A stretch of DNA of 64,000 nt from the human T2T-CHM13v2.0 reference genome, Homo sapiens: NCBI RefSeq assembly GCF_009914755.1, contig NC_060925.1, one strand, 5' to 3'. Shown one piece after another: positions 13,411 to 28,460 of the stretch. The notes under the pieces were generated by a model that was not told where the DNA came from, made no database searches, and saw only the letters and a program-made list of their open reading frames with translations. A program made the translations under genes and the position numbers. Every line of letters starts with the position of its first letter. Position 1 is the first letter of the stretch.

Positions 13411-15719
13411 TTTTTTTGGTAGCTGAGAACCTGTGAAATGAAGTACCTTAGTTTTTATTAGAGTGACAATATAAGCAGATAAATTGCCACAACTCTCTTA
13501 TACCCTCCATGTGAAGAAGGGGTTTCTGCTTCTCAGGGTGGACAATACTTTGTGGATAGTTTTCTTGCTGGTCCTTGAAAGACGCCATGAAGTGTTCATT
13601 CACTCTATAGTAAATAACATTATTAAAGTTCTTTTTGTGCTCTTATTTTATTTTAACTAATGGTTCAAGAATATGTTTAGTTAACATATAGCACTGTTTA
13701 TCACTATGCAGCATCAGCAAAAAATCAGTAAGGAACATTAATTATCAAATGTGCCAGTTTTGTGACCATTAAGTACCTCATTAGATTCTGTTTCGGAAAT
13801 TGCATTTATGAGCATCTTTATAGAAAAGAGCACAACATGATTGGCATTGCTTAACCACAGCACAGTCTAAGGCAAAATCACCTATGTAATACAGCTCTTT
13901 TATTGTTATTATATCACAAAACAACAAAATGATAATTTCTCTTTGCAAGCATAACTAAAAAAACCTCACAACCTCAGCCTCCAAACACATAACTTGTTTA
14001 AGGGTAAAACTACAATCTTCATATTAAAAATACTCAACTTTCTAGATAAAAAAAAGATGTATCTTGAAGATCAATGTGTAATTTCTGTTTTGTATTTAAG
14101 CTCCCTGTTTGAATGGTGGGGCTTGTCTGCACCTATAATCATCCCTTCTCATTGTGCTTGCTGGAATGTGGGCAAAACTGGTCTCTGTTGACAGGTTTTA
14201 TATCATATCATTCTTATAGGCACTGATTTTTTTTAGTAGTGGTTAGCATGAAAATCTGATACACTTCAACTGTGAAGAAAAAAATAGAGAAGAGAAAAAA
14301 ATAAATTAAAACTATGTTTAAAATATATGATATAGCCTAACCTTTTCTCCATTAGGGAAACTATAGCTGCAAAAAAGATTAAATACAAATTTGCTTTGCT
14401 TTTAAACCTACTTAAGAAGCACCTATCCTATCTGTCCATATAAATTCCAATGGAGAACACGATGACACGCAATTACTAATCTCAATGTACACAGCTATGC
14501 CTCGGGGACTTGGTGGTTCATATTTTACTATTCTGTAATCAAATACAAAACTAATGAGTAAAAATATGCTTCCCCCAATAAATTTCCAGCACCTGGACAA
14601 GTGTCTGACAGGGAAATGGAGGATGCACACACAAAATTCATTCTGCAAAGCTATTAAAGTGTTATACTTGCCAACAAGTGTTCATTAAGCAAGAATGAAG
14701 GATCTTTATGCCAGTTTCTTACCAAAGGCTTTTAAATATTTTAATGGAGAGTAAAGACTATTTATCTGAACTCTGATCAGTTAACGTTCAGATCTGTTAT
14801 GAAGAAACAAGGAGTTCTTTATAATACCTTTCATAAAAATCCACTTTGCAATGCTTCAAATAAAGACTAAGGACTGTAAAAGATTATGCTGCATATAAAC
14901 AAAATCAGTATCATTTTGAAATTATATGGTTATCCCTGGATCTCCTTAGTACATTAGCATCATGCTGTATTTTTATTTAAAAAGTGGTTAACAAAATCCA
15001 GTATACAAATGGAAAATGGGATTAGAGATGGCATTCTAGTCATGTGACTTCATCCAGGCTCCAGAAAGCAAGGAACACACTTAATGGGGCAGACAAGGGG
15101 AACAGAAGGCTCATCTTCTATCTAGGACTCAAGAGAAGGAAAGGGAAAAGAGAAAGGAGAGGAGAGGAAGGGACGGGAGAGGAAGAGCCACAGGATCAAT
15201 ATATGGTGATGGGAACTGCTTTTCAAACCTGAATTGAAACAGGTAAGTCTCTTCCTGGGAGTCAAAGTATATGTACACACACAAAACACAAAAGTTATGA
15301 AGTGGAAGCAGTTTTATAAAGGTTATAATACAGTACCTCTAAAACAATATTTTAGTGCCAGTTTACCATTCATATGCTTTTATCACTTCTACCATATGCA
15401 ATATATGCACACATACATTTGTGCCTACATGGAGACACATATATAAGTGTGTTTATAAACACACACACTTTTAAATCTAGCAGTCAGGCAGTACAGAAGC
15501 ATGGATCAAGACATGGGATATCACATACAATGAGTTTTCAGGACTCTGTCTCCAGTACCTGCATTTGTGCATGGTAAGCTTAGGCTTGTGCATGACTAGG
15601 ATGTAACCAAGCAGATAAGACAGAGCAGGAGTCATGCCTGGTCTAACTTAAATGTTTCTTCATTTCAAAGAAAGAGATTAATAAAAAAACAGTAACAATA
15701 AAACCATACTTAGGTTAGT

Positions 15720-16282
<563 letters not shown>

Positions 16283-19200
16283 TAATTACCTGGATTATCA
16301 AAGTAGCTAAAAGCCTTTAAGGGGAGAGGCTCTGTTTTGTGGAGATGAACCCCATAAAAGGCAGAGGTTGGCCTCTGGTTCCCTAGTGACTTTGTACATG
16401 TGATTTAACCTCTGGGTTCATGCTTGAGTGAATTAAGATAATAATGTACAACTAGAAAAGAGCTGAGAGAAATAAATACTTTTTGGATATTTCAAGCTTC
16501 TCAGATGAGATATGAAAATGTTGGTGAAAGATACTACAGTACTTCTGGTAAATTCCTATCTTGACCCAAAGTGTCTACAAGAATGTTCAAGTAAAACCAA
16601 ACACAAGTTTCAGAATTTACCTCTTGGGGTTGTTAGAATCTGCTTGTTATGTATTTCTGCTAATGCTATGTTGGCAAAAGGAGCCTATTTTTGCTAAATG
16701 TGAGAATAATACCACCATTATCAGCTGATTTCTTTTGTTTGGCTTGTTTCGGAAGAGTTTAACGTGATTCTAAGATACCCTTTAAGATCCTTCATCTGGA
16801 GTTTTGAGTTTCACAATCATGGTTTGTGGTAAGAATATAGAGTATAATTATATAGTTATCTTTATCTTTGGTCTCAGAAGGGAAGAGTGAGTTCAGAGAG
16901 TCTTTCTTTCTTTTTTTTTTTTTTCTAATGAGAAAAGAGAAATGGGTCAGGATTTGGATTAATGAATTTGACATTCAGACCAATAAGCTGTTTAGGTCAT
17001 AGGGAAAACACATTTAGAGCCCTTGGCTTTAGTTTCTAAAGAAGACTTGTTCCTCCAAGAAACCAAACCAAGGGGCTGCCAGGGTCTGTGTTCACAAAAT
17101 CATTCAGCTGTTAAGAGTGAGGTACAGTGAGACCCAAAACCTCACATCCTCACCAAAACTGTCTGAAGTTAATATGATCTCCCATATCTCACAGGCAGAT
17201 TGCTTTCAGTAAGAAACCCAGCAGGAATGTTAGTTCTGATGTCTATGAATAAATAGAAGGTTCTGATCTTCCTCCTTGTAAGAAGTATCTGAATTTTAAA
17301 AACCATGAGAAGAAATAATGACTAACAAATGTGGAAAACTCCACTAGCAAGAAAATACTGGCAAGGAAGGGAAGATGGACTATATGTGATTTTTTAATGG
17401 GGAGGTAAACATATAGATATACACTGTGGAATGAGAAAACTGGATTTTAATGTCACTTATTTAACTTATTTTACAAACACAGAGCATGCTTGCTGTGTGC
17501 CTTGCACTGTTCTAAGTGCTTAACAAATATTAACTCATTGAACTTTCTCTTTTGATGCAATACTAAGCCTAAGAGATTGTTTTATTCTGAAACCTGGAAC
17601 AGAGATAAGGTTGTCTGTACATTAAAATGTCTTGCCTTATAAGGAAGTGTTTGACTGCACTAGATTAAACTCATAAAAGCTAATGAAGAGTCCTCCTTAA
17701 TACACATTTCTTTTTTCCTGTTTGGACTTGAAGTGACAACATTACAGAAACACCCTGCAGGTTTTTATCTAAATAGCATCCTATAAAACAATGTCCTCTT
17801 GTCAGTCACCACTAATTCAGCACAGTCAAGCTATAAATCTGTCCAAAGGCCAGCAAAGTGCTTAACTTGGCACATCACTAATAAAATTAGGAATGTGGGT
17901 TTATTACATGAACCTTAAGTAGGTTTGGCCAAGATATTAAGATTTTTCCTTATGGCAACCATGGCTAATGTGGATTGGTATTTTCATTATAACACACCCC
18001 ACAGCATTTCCCAGTAACATCTCAGGTTTCCAAATTAGACAATAATCTTCTGCACTTTCATACTCACTGCTAGGTCCTGCAGCTGGAGCCCCCATCTCTA
18101 ACGCCTCACACACTTTAGGGTACTCAAAGATGGTAAAGACTTTTCAATAATGCTAATACTACTGAATAAAATTAGAGCAAATTAATTAATACTTCTATTA
18201 ACGTAACCTGATTTCACTTTGTTCAAGAACAGAAGCACTTATAGGCTTTTAACATGCGCTTAGAAATATCATTTCAGCTCAGGGCAATTTTGAGAAGTGA
18301 TTTATAAGCAGTTGCAAATGCTTCTAAAATGGTAAGATTTGAGAAAGCCAAATGTATGTTAACCGAGTTGTCCTGCGGTCCTGGGTATTTTATTTTTTAA
18401 ATTATGAAAGAGTAATAAGTATATCCTCTCTCCTGAGCCAACCTTTTTTGTGATGGCTTATATTTGCATAGTAATTTAGTTTACAAAGTGGGCTCATCTG
18501 CTTTCCTGTGTCTGATCTTGGGATGACCCTACAAGGTGTATTATTACCTTCATTTTATAAATGAGGACACATAGTGAGGATCAGAGCTGAGATTGGGAAT
18601 CAGCTCTCCACCTCATATCAAGGTAACCCTCACATTTGTGAACATTTACAATGCTACAAAATGTTATCATATCCATTTGATCCTTATACCACCTAGACAA
18701 TGTGCCTGTATAAGTGTGCCTTCGCATGCATACTTTATAATTTTTTACTCTAGCGTTTCTATTTTCCCCGATCCAAAGACTGACTCTTCCCTCCCCAACG
18801 ACACTAGCTTCCACACTTACCTTTCTTACCAATCTTGTTGAGGTTGCCTACATTGGCAACCTGCATTATGGCAGCTGCATTAAGAGATTTGAAATGCAAC
18901 TGTGCAGAGGGGAGATGGGAAGCTCTCTTTAGCATGCTGCAATCTCAAAAACCTGTAGATGGGCAAAGTCACTAAAGTTCACTTCATGAAAAATACAACA
19001 CACCACTGAGAGCAAGTATGATTGATGCCCGTAGAGCAAACTGTTTATCAGACAAACACATTTTGCAAACTTTCACATAAATTGTTAAGTTGCCTTATCA
19101 CCCAGACAGTGTAAAACTAGCATCTTTGTAGGAACTTCCCCAAAACTCTTTAATGACCTCTAAAAAGCTTTATCTTATCGTGATCTGATTTGCTACTACA

Positions 19201-19559
19201 ATAAATCATTTACAAATAGGTTAAAAGAAAAACGAGTATTAGAAATATGGATTCATTTTCCAAATATAAGAAGCCTTCAGCTCTTGGCTGGCTATTGTGC
19301 AATTGTGAAGGCATGATAAAACACTCAATATGCTCAATACTAAAAGATTCAACAGGAGAAAAAGTGCTGCAACCTATTCAGATCTAATTGGAGGCTAATT
19401 ACACATTTGGTAAATCAGGCAAGCCCTTTAATTTTCTTCTTTCCTGCTTTCTGACTTTTACCATTTATAGTAAGGGTGGGAGTAAAACAAGGAAGTTATA
19501 TTGTTCAATTTCTAGCATGTCTGATATTTGAAAATGAAAATGATATCCGGAGGTGGTGG

Positions 19560-19800
19560 TATACAATTGGCAGTCAGGATACTAGGGTTTAAATTGTGCT
19601 TCTGTCTTATATAATCCAATTTGGTTCAATCAAATCAGTTAAATTAACATTTATTGAGCACCTACTATGAGGCAGACATTGTAGTAGGTATTAGGGATAT
19701 GAAATAAGCAAGATATTTCTGTCCTTAATGGATCTTTTATTCTGACAAATCACAACTACTCAACACATTGCCTTTTTCACCTTTAAAATAACAGAATTAG
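19560..19800. mobile_element. MIR and L2 3' end relics
   Basis: catttattgagcacctactatgaggcagacattgt (antisense L2 end) within MIR-like sequence. Confidence 0.6.
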
Positions 19801-19869
19801 CTCAAGTAATTTTTAGCTGTTTCTAATTTCTGTGTGGGTTATTATTATTATTATCTTATTTTGCTGAAT

Positions 19870-20342
19870 CTTATCCATTGGCTTCTTCTCACCTATTTTC
19901 CATTCTTTTTGAACTTACTCTCTACCCCGGAAGAATGACAACAAGCTCTCTTGCCCTTTGGCTTTGGTTGTGTTTGGTTAATGAGAAGCCCTTGTGGTAG
20001 ATCAGAGGGAGAGAAGAAAGAGAGGTCAGATTATGTGTTCATTTGGCTCATTCGTTTGCAGGGATGAGTTGCACTGGCTGTGTCACTCTATGGAAGGTCC
20101 TTGGTTTTCTCAAGGTAGCCCTATGTGACTCTTTCCTTCAGGGTGTTGGTAACTGACCTCTTTCCTCCCTTTGGGCAAAGGTATGGTAAAAGCACCACTG
20201 TTGTAGCTACAGAACACTGACTGTTCCTGTGGCCTGCTTATATCCTGCCCACTGCTTTTAAAATAGTCCCTTTGTAAATTGTCTTCAAATCTTCCTAATT
20301 TGAGGGTGCCATCTGTTTCCTGCCAGGACCCTGGTTGATATA
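19870..20342 (+). mobile_element. LTR33-like ERVL solo LTR
   Basis: Ends tttgagggtgccatctgtttcctgccaggaccctggttgata, as the LTR33 3' terminus; internal gatcagagggagagaagaaagagaggtcag. Confidence 0.65.
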
Positions 20343-20450
20343 CTATATGTGTCTTGTCAATTGGTTGAAAGTGATTTTTGAAGTTTTGAGGAGAGGTCAA
20401 AGTAAGGTAGAAATTCTAAGGTGGGGTGGGGGATATATTCATTCTTATAG

Positions 20451-20805
<355 letters not shown>

Positions 20806-20829
20806 AGGAAAGATATTTTCTAACATTTA

Positions 20830-21345
20830 ATTTATTTTTTTATTTTATTGTGGTAAGAACACAACATGAGATCTACTCTCTTAACAGATTTTTAAGTGTA
20901 CAATACAGTGTTGTTGACTACAGGCACAATGTTGTACAGGAGATCTCTAGAATTTATTTATCTTACATAACTAAAACTTTATGCCCATTGATTAGCAATT
21001 CCCTCTGTCCCCCTCCATTCAGCTCCTGGTAACAACCATTCCATTTTGCTTCTGTGAGGTTGACAACTTTTGCTACCTCATAGAAGTGGGATTACGGAGA
21101 ATTCTGGGACTGATATATTTCACTTAGCATAATTTCCTCAAGGTTCATCCATGTTGTCACATATTGCAGGATTTCCTTCTTTTTTAAGGCTGCATAACAT
21201 TCCATTGTATATCACCTTTTCTTATCCATTCACGCACAGATGGAGGTTTAGATTGTTTCCACATCTTGGTTATTGTAAACTGTGCTGCAGTGAACATAGA
21301 AGTGATAATATATATCTCTTCAAGATCCTGATTTCAATTCTTAAT
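20830..21345 (-). mobile_element. L1MA10/L1MB1-type LINE-1 3' end
   Basis: ggtaagaacacaacatgagatctactctcttaac...tgtacaatacag...aggttcatccatgttgtc. Confidence 0.8.
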
Positions 21346-21349
21346 TTCA

Positions 21350-22252
21350 TGGGACTTGCAGATGGCATATGATGAGATAACAAAGAATCATAGAGATTTG
21401 ACTAGGCCAAATTACATTTCCCAGAATTCTTTTCCTTATATGTTACAGGGTAAGGAGGGCCATGAGAGACTAGTTTTGTTTTCTTTTTGCATTACAGTTG
21501 GAATGTGGAACCAAAATAGCAGCCATATTGTTTTATATTCTCAAAAGTCCAGGCAGGGTCACCAGGCATGTCTGCAGCTCATGCGCTTATGCACTGACTT
21601 ACTTCATTGGTGTCGGGACAGCAGCAGGGCCTGCAACTGCTTTATCTTCCCCTGAATTCTCCTTTAGCTTCTTTAACTTCTGGGAAAGATGTTAAGCACA
21701 GTGATGAGGAGGACTAATTTCTCTGGCAAGGCCTGACTATCATCAAGGTTAGCAGCAGGGAGAACTGACAGTTTCCAGTTTGTGCTTGTGGCTTCCAACT
21801 TGTGTTGGTGGGTTCCAGCTTGTTTTTGTTCTCCTGTCCATAACTCCATCTTCCCACTCAACTCCCTGCCTTGAGGATTTCAAACTCTAGTATAAAATGT
21901 AAAGGAAACAGCCTTACAGAGACTGTTTAGCTTGCTCCTATAATTGTGTAAGAACAAATCTTTGTAACTTCTTTCTCTCTGTCTCATTGAGATATATGTG
22001 TGTGTATCTGTTTATCTATCTTGCTATCTATATCCTTGCAATACTGTGTGTGTGTGGGTGGGAATAGATGTGTGTGTGCTGGGATCCATTCCCAGCACAT
22101 CTATGTATATTTATGTATAACCTAAAATATAATTTATAAATCTCTAACCATCTATCTACACACACACACACACACACACATGGATGCACACATAGGCACA
22201 CACACATATCCTGGTGGTTGTTTCTTTCTCTGATTGAATCTTGACTGATAGA
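21350..22252 (+). mobile_element. Ancient ERVL-class LTR, family uncertain, with internal (GT)/(CA) tracts
   Basis: Ends tttctctgattgaatcttgactgataga, typical of ERVL-type LTR 3' ends; 5' boundary uncertain. Confidence 0.4.
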
Positions 22253-22506
22253 CTGTGTAAGGCTTTTTTGGAAGCCTGAGCTTCAGGTATATCCCCTTTA
22301 AGTTGGATATGCTCTTTGTATCACCAGCCAAGAACACATCAGCCAAGACCAAATCTTGAATATCATATTAAAAGCAAAGAAACTCTCCTTAAAATAGCTC
22401 ATTGGCAAATGAACATTAAAACTGGGTAAGATTTTTTAATTGGGCAATTATATACAAATCTCTGAGAGAAGCTAATGATCTAATAATCTGTTGGCTTGAT
22501 ATTCCT

Positions 22507-23003
22507 TGTGATAATTTTATGTGTCAACTTGAGTAGGCCATAGGGTGCCCAAGTTAAACATTGTTATGTGTATGTCTGAGATTAGCATTTGAATCAGTGA
22601 ACTCCTAAGGTAGTTTGCCTTCTCTAATGTGGTTGGGCATCATTCAATCCACTGAAGGCCTCAATAGAGCAAAAGGTGGGGGAAGAAGAAATTCCCTCCT
22701 TTTTATCTTCCCTCACTACTTAAGCTAGGACATCTCATCCAATGTTCTCCTGCCCTGAGACTGTAATTTACATCATTAGCTTCCCTGATTCTCAGGCCTT
22801 CAGACTCAGATTGAATTACACCATTGGCTTTCTTGGGCCTCCAGCTTGCAGACTGCAGACTATGGGACTTCTCAGCCTCCATAATCACATGAGCCAATCC
22901 CTTATAATAAATCTCACTACTGGCTCATGTGATTATGGAGGCTGAGAACATGTATTTACATTTTTTCTCTATTGCTTTTGTTTCTCTGGTGAACCCTAAC
23001 ACA
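22507..23003 (+). mobile_element. MLT2 (MLT2C/D-like) ERVL solo LTR
   Basis: tgtgataattttatgtgtcaacttga...attagcatttgaatcagtg...ttctcagcctccataatcacatgagccaat...gtttctctggtgaaccctaacaca. Confidence 0.88.
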
Positions 23004-23660
23004 CCTCTGGAGTCAACTCTGGAGACATCACAGAAGGAAAATGGAGGTTGATGATCTCAGAAAAAAAAAATAGATGCAATATCCCTGGGGAGACAGCGTT
23101 TGGATCATGGGGTCTGAGTATGGAGAGGGAAAAGATGAGCAGCCCAGGGTGGACAAAAGTGTGTGTAGTAGAAAAGCAAAAGGCTGGGAGTAAGGTTTTA
23201 AAATGTGCTGATTACCCACTTCCAAATCATGAGGAGACAGAAAAGCATGAGGCAGTATCATTCCAGCCATTACCAGTGGGGATGATACCAGGGAGTGCAG
23301 AGGCCTGGATGGGTTGGAGAGGGGAAGGCTACAAGTGCAGGCAGACTTGTGGGTTCTTGAGCATTCCCTCTCTACCTCCCTGCATTACAGCCCAATGGCC
23401 AGGTGGATTATAATCAAGAGATAAAGCCCTTGGATAAGAACAGAATCCAGAATCAACGATATAGGAGAATTCCCTGAGGGTCACTGTAACCTAGTGAGAT
23501 GTGTTTTTGTATAGAACAAGGAGTGATCAAGCTCTGAGGGTAACATCAGACGATTTTCATCCTGATTTGTTGGCCCCCTACCTCCTACTTTCTAAATTCT
23601 CACAGAAGGGCACAGGCTAGGGTCTAGACTTTTACTCCTTCTTTAAAGAATACATGTCCA

Positions 23661-24305
<645 letters not shown>

Positions 24306-24429
24306 CTATTTGAGGTGTTACAAGCATTGTGAAAGACTAAAGGATGAAACTAAATTTTCTGTGTATGAAGCAGAATTAATAGGCCAATAAGGACAGAAAT
24401 TTAAAATACACATAATAAACATTCTCAGA

Positions 24430-25000
24430 TAAGTAAGTTGGAATATTGATAACATGAAACAATTGTAAGATATAAAAAGAAGTCAATTTAAAATCTGAGG
24501 AAATATGGCAAATTAAGAGCTCCATAAATATGTCCAATGACAGATAAATCTCGATCATAAATTAGTAAATTGAAAGATCAAGTCAACAGTTTCTCTCAGA
24601 AGACAAATGAGAGGCATAAAAGATGGAATATATAAAAGTCACAAGATATGGAGGATAGAAGAAGAAATATTAAGATATGGATAACAGAAGAGCTGGAAGG
24701 AGAGGTAAAAGTAAATGAGAGAATAAATATTTCATAAAATACCTGATAATTTATTAGATTTAGAGATAGAACACCTCTGATTTCAAAGATACATATTGCC
24801 CAACAAGAAATACACAAGGGTTAAAAAAAACTCCTATATACAGACATTTGATAGTAAAGTTTAAGAGCATCAAAGACAAAAAGTAAATTCTAAAGCTGCT
24901 AGAGAGGAAGAGCAGGTCAACAGACAAGAAGGAAAAATTGATTGATTTTAGAGTTCATTGAGGAGAAAAAAAGTCAAGAAAATAAGGGACTGTAAAGAAG
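24430..25000 (+). mobile_element. Degenerate L1 ORF1-like / HAL1 fragment
   Basis: A-rich; gatatggaggatagaag...agacatttgatagtaaagttt...aaagacaaaaagtaaattctaaagctgctagagag resembles the ORF1 region of old L1/HAL1. Confidence 0.55.
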
Positions 25001-25259
25001 ATTTATGTTCTGTATCTAATGGGGCATTGTCAGTTTCAAAAGAGTCGTGAAAGCTACATTCTACTCCTCTTCATTGAGCAGGGGTCTTGTCTTCCGGCAC
25101 TCCCTGTGAATTGTTTTGCTGACTTAGTTTCTCTAGTGGCCAGGAGTTTCTTTGTCAGAACCACTTCTTCTAGCACTTAACAGGTTGCCTGGAACATAGC
25201 AGGTGTTCAAAAAAAAAATGCTTCCTGATTTTGTTGTATTGGTCTAATAATCTGTGATA

Positions 25260-26100
25260 TTTCTTCTTTACTGAGAATTTGATTAATTAAACTAACAACA
25301 AATTTACTCAAACTATGGAAACTGAGTACGCCAAACACGTTCCATCAATAAATATTTACTTAGTAAAACACAAAGCACTAGATCCAATGAGAATGTCAAA
25401 ATGAATAGAGTACAGCTCCTGGAAAAAAATGTGGGAGCTAAGTGGTTATATGTAAAAAGTTAAGGTACAAAACACTTTTAAGAATCAGTTACACGTCAGA
25501 GAAGAAGAAGATTGATTCAGGAATTCAGAGGAAAGAGACATCACTTTCATTCAACAAGATAAGGGAAGTCTTCATGAAAGAAATGACATTTGGTTTTGGG
25601 TTCTGAAGAAAGAATGAATAGGCAAAAAATTTGGTGCTCAGATTCCAGGTGGAAGAATGAGCAAAAGCACAGAAGAAAGTGTTCTGAGAACTGCAAAAGC
25701 TAAGTGTGTCTAGAACTGGAGTTTATGAGGGATAATGGGAGATAAGCCTGTCTGGATTCAGACTGTGGTGGACTGCAAACACAAACCAAGGAGCAGAATG
25801 AAATATAGAGGAGTATGTAGACCACTGGAAGTTTATGAGCCAGAGAGTGGTACGGTCAAAGCCAGATGATTGAAGAAAATTTTTCTCCAGTAAAATGTGT
25901 ATGTTGGTTGGAAGAATCCTAGAGTCAGAAATATGAGTTCACTTATCTGAGTTGAAAAATAATTAAAAATGTAAACCAGGAAGATAGTAATGAACAAAGC
26001 AAGGCCAAATGGGATGGTGACTATTTGGGAATTGGTTGGGTATGGGTTTGAAGAAACACAAAGATACTCAGATGGCTGATAGTTGTTCCTGAAAAACATC
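25260..26100 (-). mobile_element. Old L2 fragment(s)
   Basis: caacaaatttactc, agggaagtcttcatgaaagaaatgacattt, attccaggtggaagaa, accactggaagttt are antisense L2 motifs. Confidence 0.55.
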
Positions 26101-26180
26101 TGCAACTTGTGAGGTATAAGGTGTCAATGTTTAATCTCAACTTCCATTGACGGGAGAGATGATTATATATATTTATATAA

Positions 26181-26214
<34 letters not shown>

Positions 26215-27329
26215 CGGTGAGTGTCTAGATACACAAACACAATCATATTTTCTGTTCAATAACCAAACCACAACGTTTTTCATGAAAATCTGTTCTTTTC
26301 AACTTTCAATCAAAAAGGATTTTATCCAAAATATCCAGATATTTTGAATTTCTGTCTTTCTTCTTCAGCTGACAGATAATGACTAGAAAAACCAATCCAG
26401 TTAGGTCATTTTGGATTCATTAGATTAATACAGCTAAATTAAACATTTGGAGAGGAGAGAAGCAACTAAAACTAGCCAGGAGTTACCAAGTCTTCCCAGG
26501 CATTTAGACCACGAGGGGAAAGTCCTCTTTTGCAAGTGAAAAACCTGCAGTGAGCAACATAAAGTAAATTTACTTCAGTTTAATATGGATAATCATATGC
26601 AGATCTAGAGTCCTTATATTTTATAGCTCTCCTTAATTCCACATCTTCCGACTGCAGACAGTACAGACACAAAACATTTCATCATTGTGTTTAGGGATAT
26701 TTTTCCTTTAGAAAAGGAAAAGAAAGGAGAAAAAAGTTCTTTCCTAACAGCATATACTCTCCAAATTCCTAGCTATATTATTGACAATCATAATTTTTAT
26801 GTCAGAATTACAAAACCGCACTCACATGACTAATTGAGAAGAAATTGAGAACTGCACAATGGAAGGTGAAATAAAAGAAACACAGAGCTGCATTTTTCAA
26901 GGCCTCATTTTAGATGTAAGTGTTACTGATAAAAAGAACATTTTACTAGTAAGTATTTGACATGTTGCATTTAAATCACATTAATTCCCAGCTCTTTGCT
27001 CTGAAAGAGCAAATTGCCCCCTTAGTATTTAACATGTGCCTTGGCTTCCTTTAAGCATCTCCATCTTTAAGGTACACATGGTAGGGCGGGACCTGGATGT
27101 GCTCACACCTGCACACATATCTACACAAAGAATTCACTGTATGTCACTAACCACCCTGGTTATCAAAAGTTAATGGACCCTGAAATTGATACAATTCCAA
27201 TATTGTGGCTCATAAATACCAGAGAGATATTTTATTTGTGACCTACATCATTCATATTTAAGAATCCAGAGGGAATTAGGACACCTTTCTGCCTTTTGCC
27301 TACATAACTGCTTCATTCCTTATTTTAAA

Positions 27330-28460
27330 TGATATCTTGTTAAAATTGTGATAAAATACACATCACAACATTTGCTGTCTTCACCATATTTAAGTGTATG
27401 ATTCAGTAAATGTTAAGTACGTTCACATTGTTGTGCACCAATCTTCAAAACTCTTCATCTTGCAAAATGGAAACTCTAGACTCAGTAAACAACTCCCCAT
27501 TTCTCCCTTTCCCCAGATCCTGACAATCACCTTTTTACTTTCTGTCTGTATGAATTTGACTACTCTAGATACCTTATATAATGAGTCATGTTATACCTGG
27601 TGTTTTTTGTCATTGGCTTATTTCCCTTGGCACAATGCCCTCAAGTTTCATCCATGTTGTAGCATGTCTTAGAATTTCCTTCCTTTTTAAGACTGAGTAA
27701 TATTCCATTGTAGGTATATATCACATTTTGTTTATTCAGTCATCTGTCAGTGGACACCTGGTTTGCTTCTACCTTTTGGCTGTTGTGAATACTGCTACTA
27801 TTTTTTTTCTTTTTTGTTTTGAGACAGAGTCTTGCTCTGTCACCCAGGCTGGAGTGCAGTGGCATGATCTCCGCCTGTGTACTGTAACCTCTGCCTCCCA
27901 GGTTCAAGAGATTTTCCTACCTCAGCCTTCTGAGTAGCTGGGATTACAGGTGTGCACCACCATGCTCTGCTAATTTTCATATTTTTAGTAGAGACGGGTT
28001 TCACCATGTTGGTCAGGCTAGTCTCAAACTCCTGACCTCAAGTGATCTGCCCATCTCAGTGTCCCAAAGTGCTGGGATTGCAGGTACGAGCCACTGTGCC
28101 CAGCCTATCACTGCGATTAATGTGGGTGTACAAAAGTGTCTTTGAGACCTTGCTTTCAATTATTTTGGGTATATACCCAGAAGTGGAGTTGCTGAATCAT
28201 ATAGTCATTCTATTTTTAATTTACCGAGGAATTGCCATATTGTTTTCCATAGAAGCTGCACCATTTTACATTCTCACCAATAGTACACAAGGGTTCCAAT
28301 TTCTCCACAGCCTCACCAACACTTACTTTCTGTTTTCTTTGTATTTATTTTTGACAGTAGCCATTCTATTAGGTGCAAAATATTATTTCATTGTGATTTT
28401 GATTTGCATTTTCTTAGTGATTCATGATGTTGAGCATCTTTTCATGTGTTTTTTGGCCTT
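27330..28460 (-). mobile_element. L1MB2-like LINE-1 3' region, interrupted by an Alu
   Basis: ttcacattgttgtgcacc...cttgcaaaatggaaactct...gggtatatacccagaagtgg...gttgagcatcttttcatgtg. Confidence 0.85.
27801..28105 (-). mobile_element. AluSx-like
   Basis: Poly-T then antisense dimer. Confidence 0.92.
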
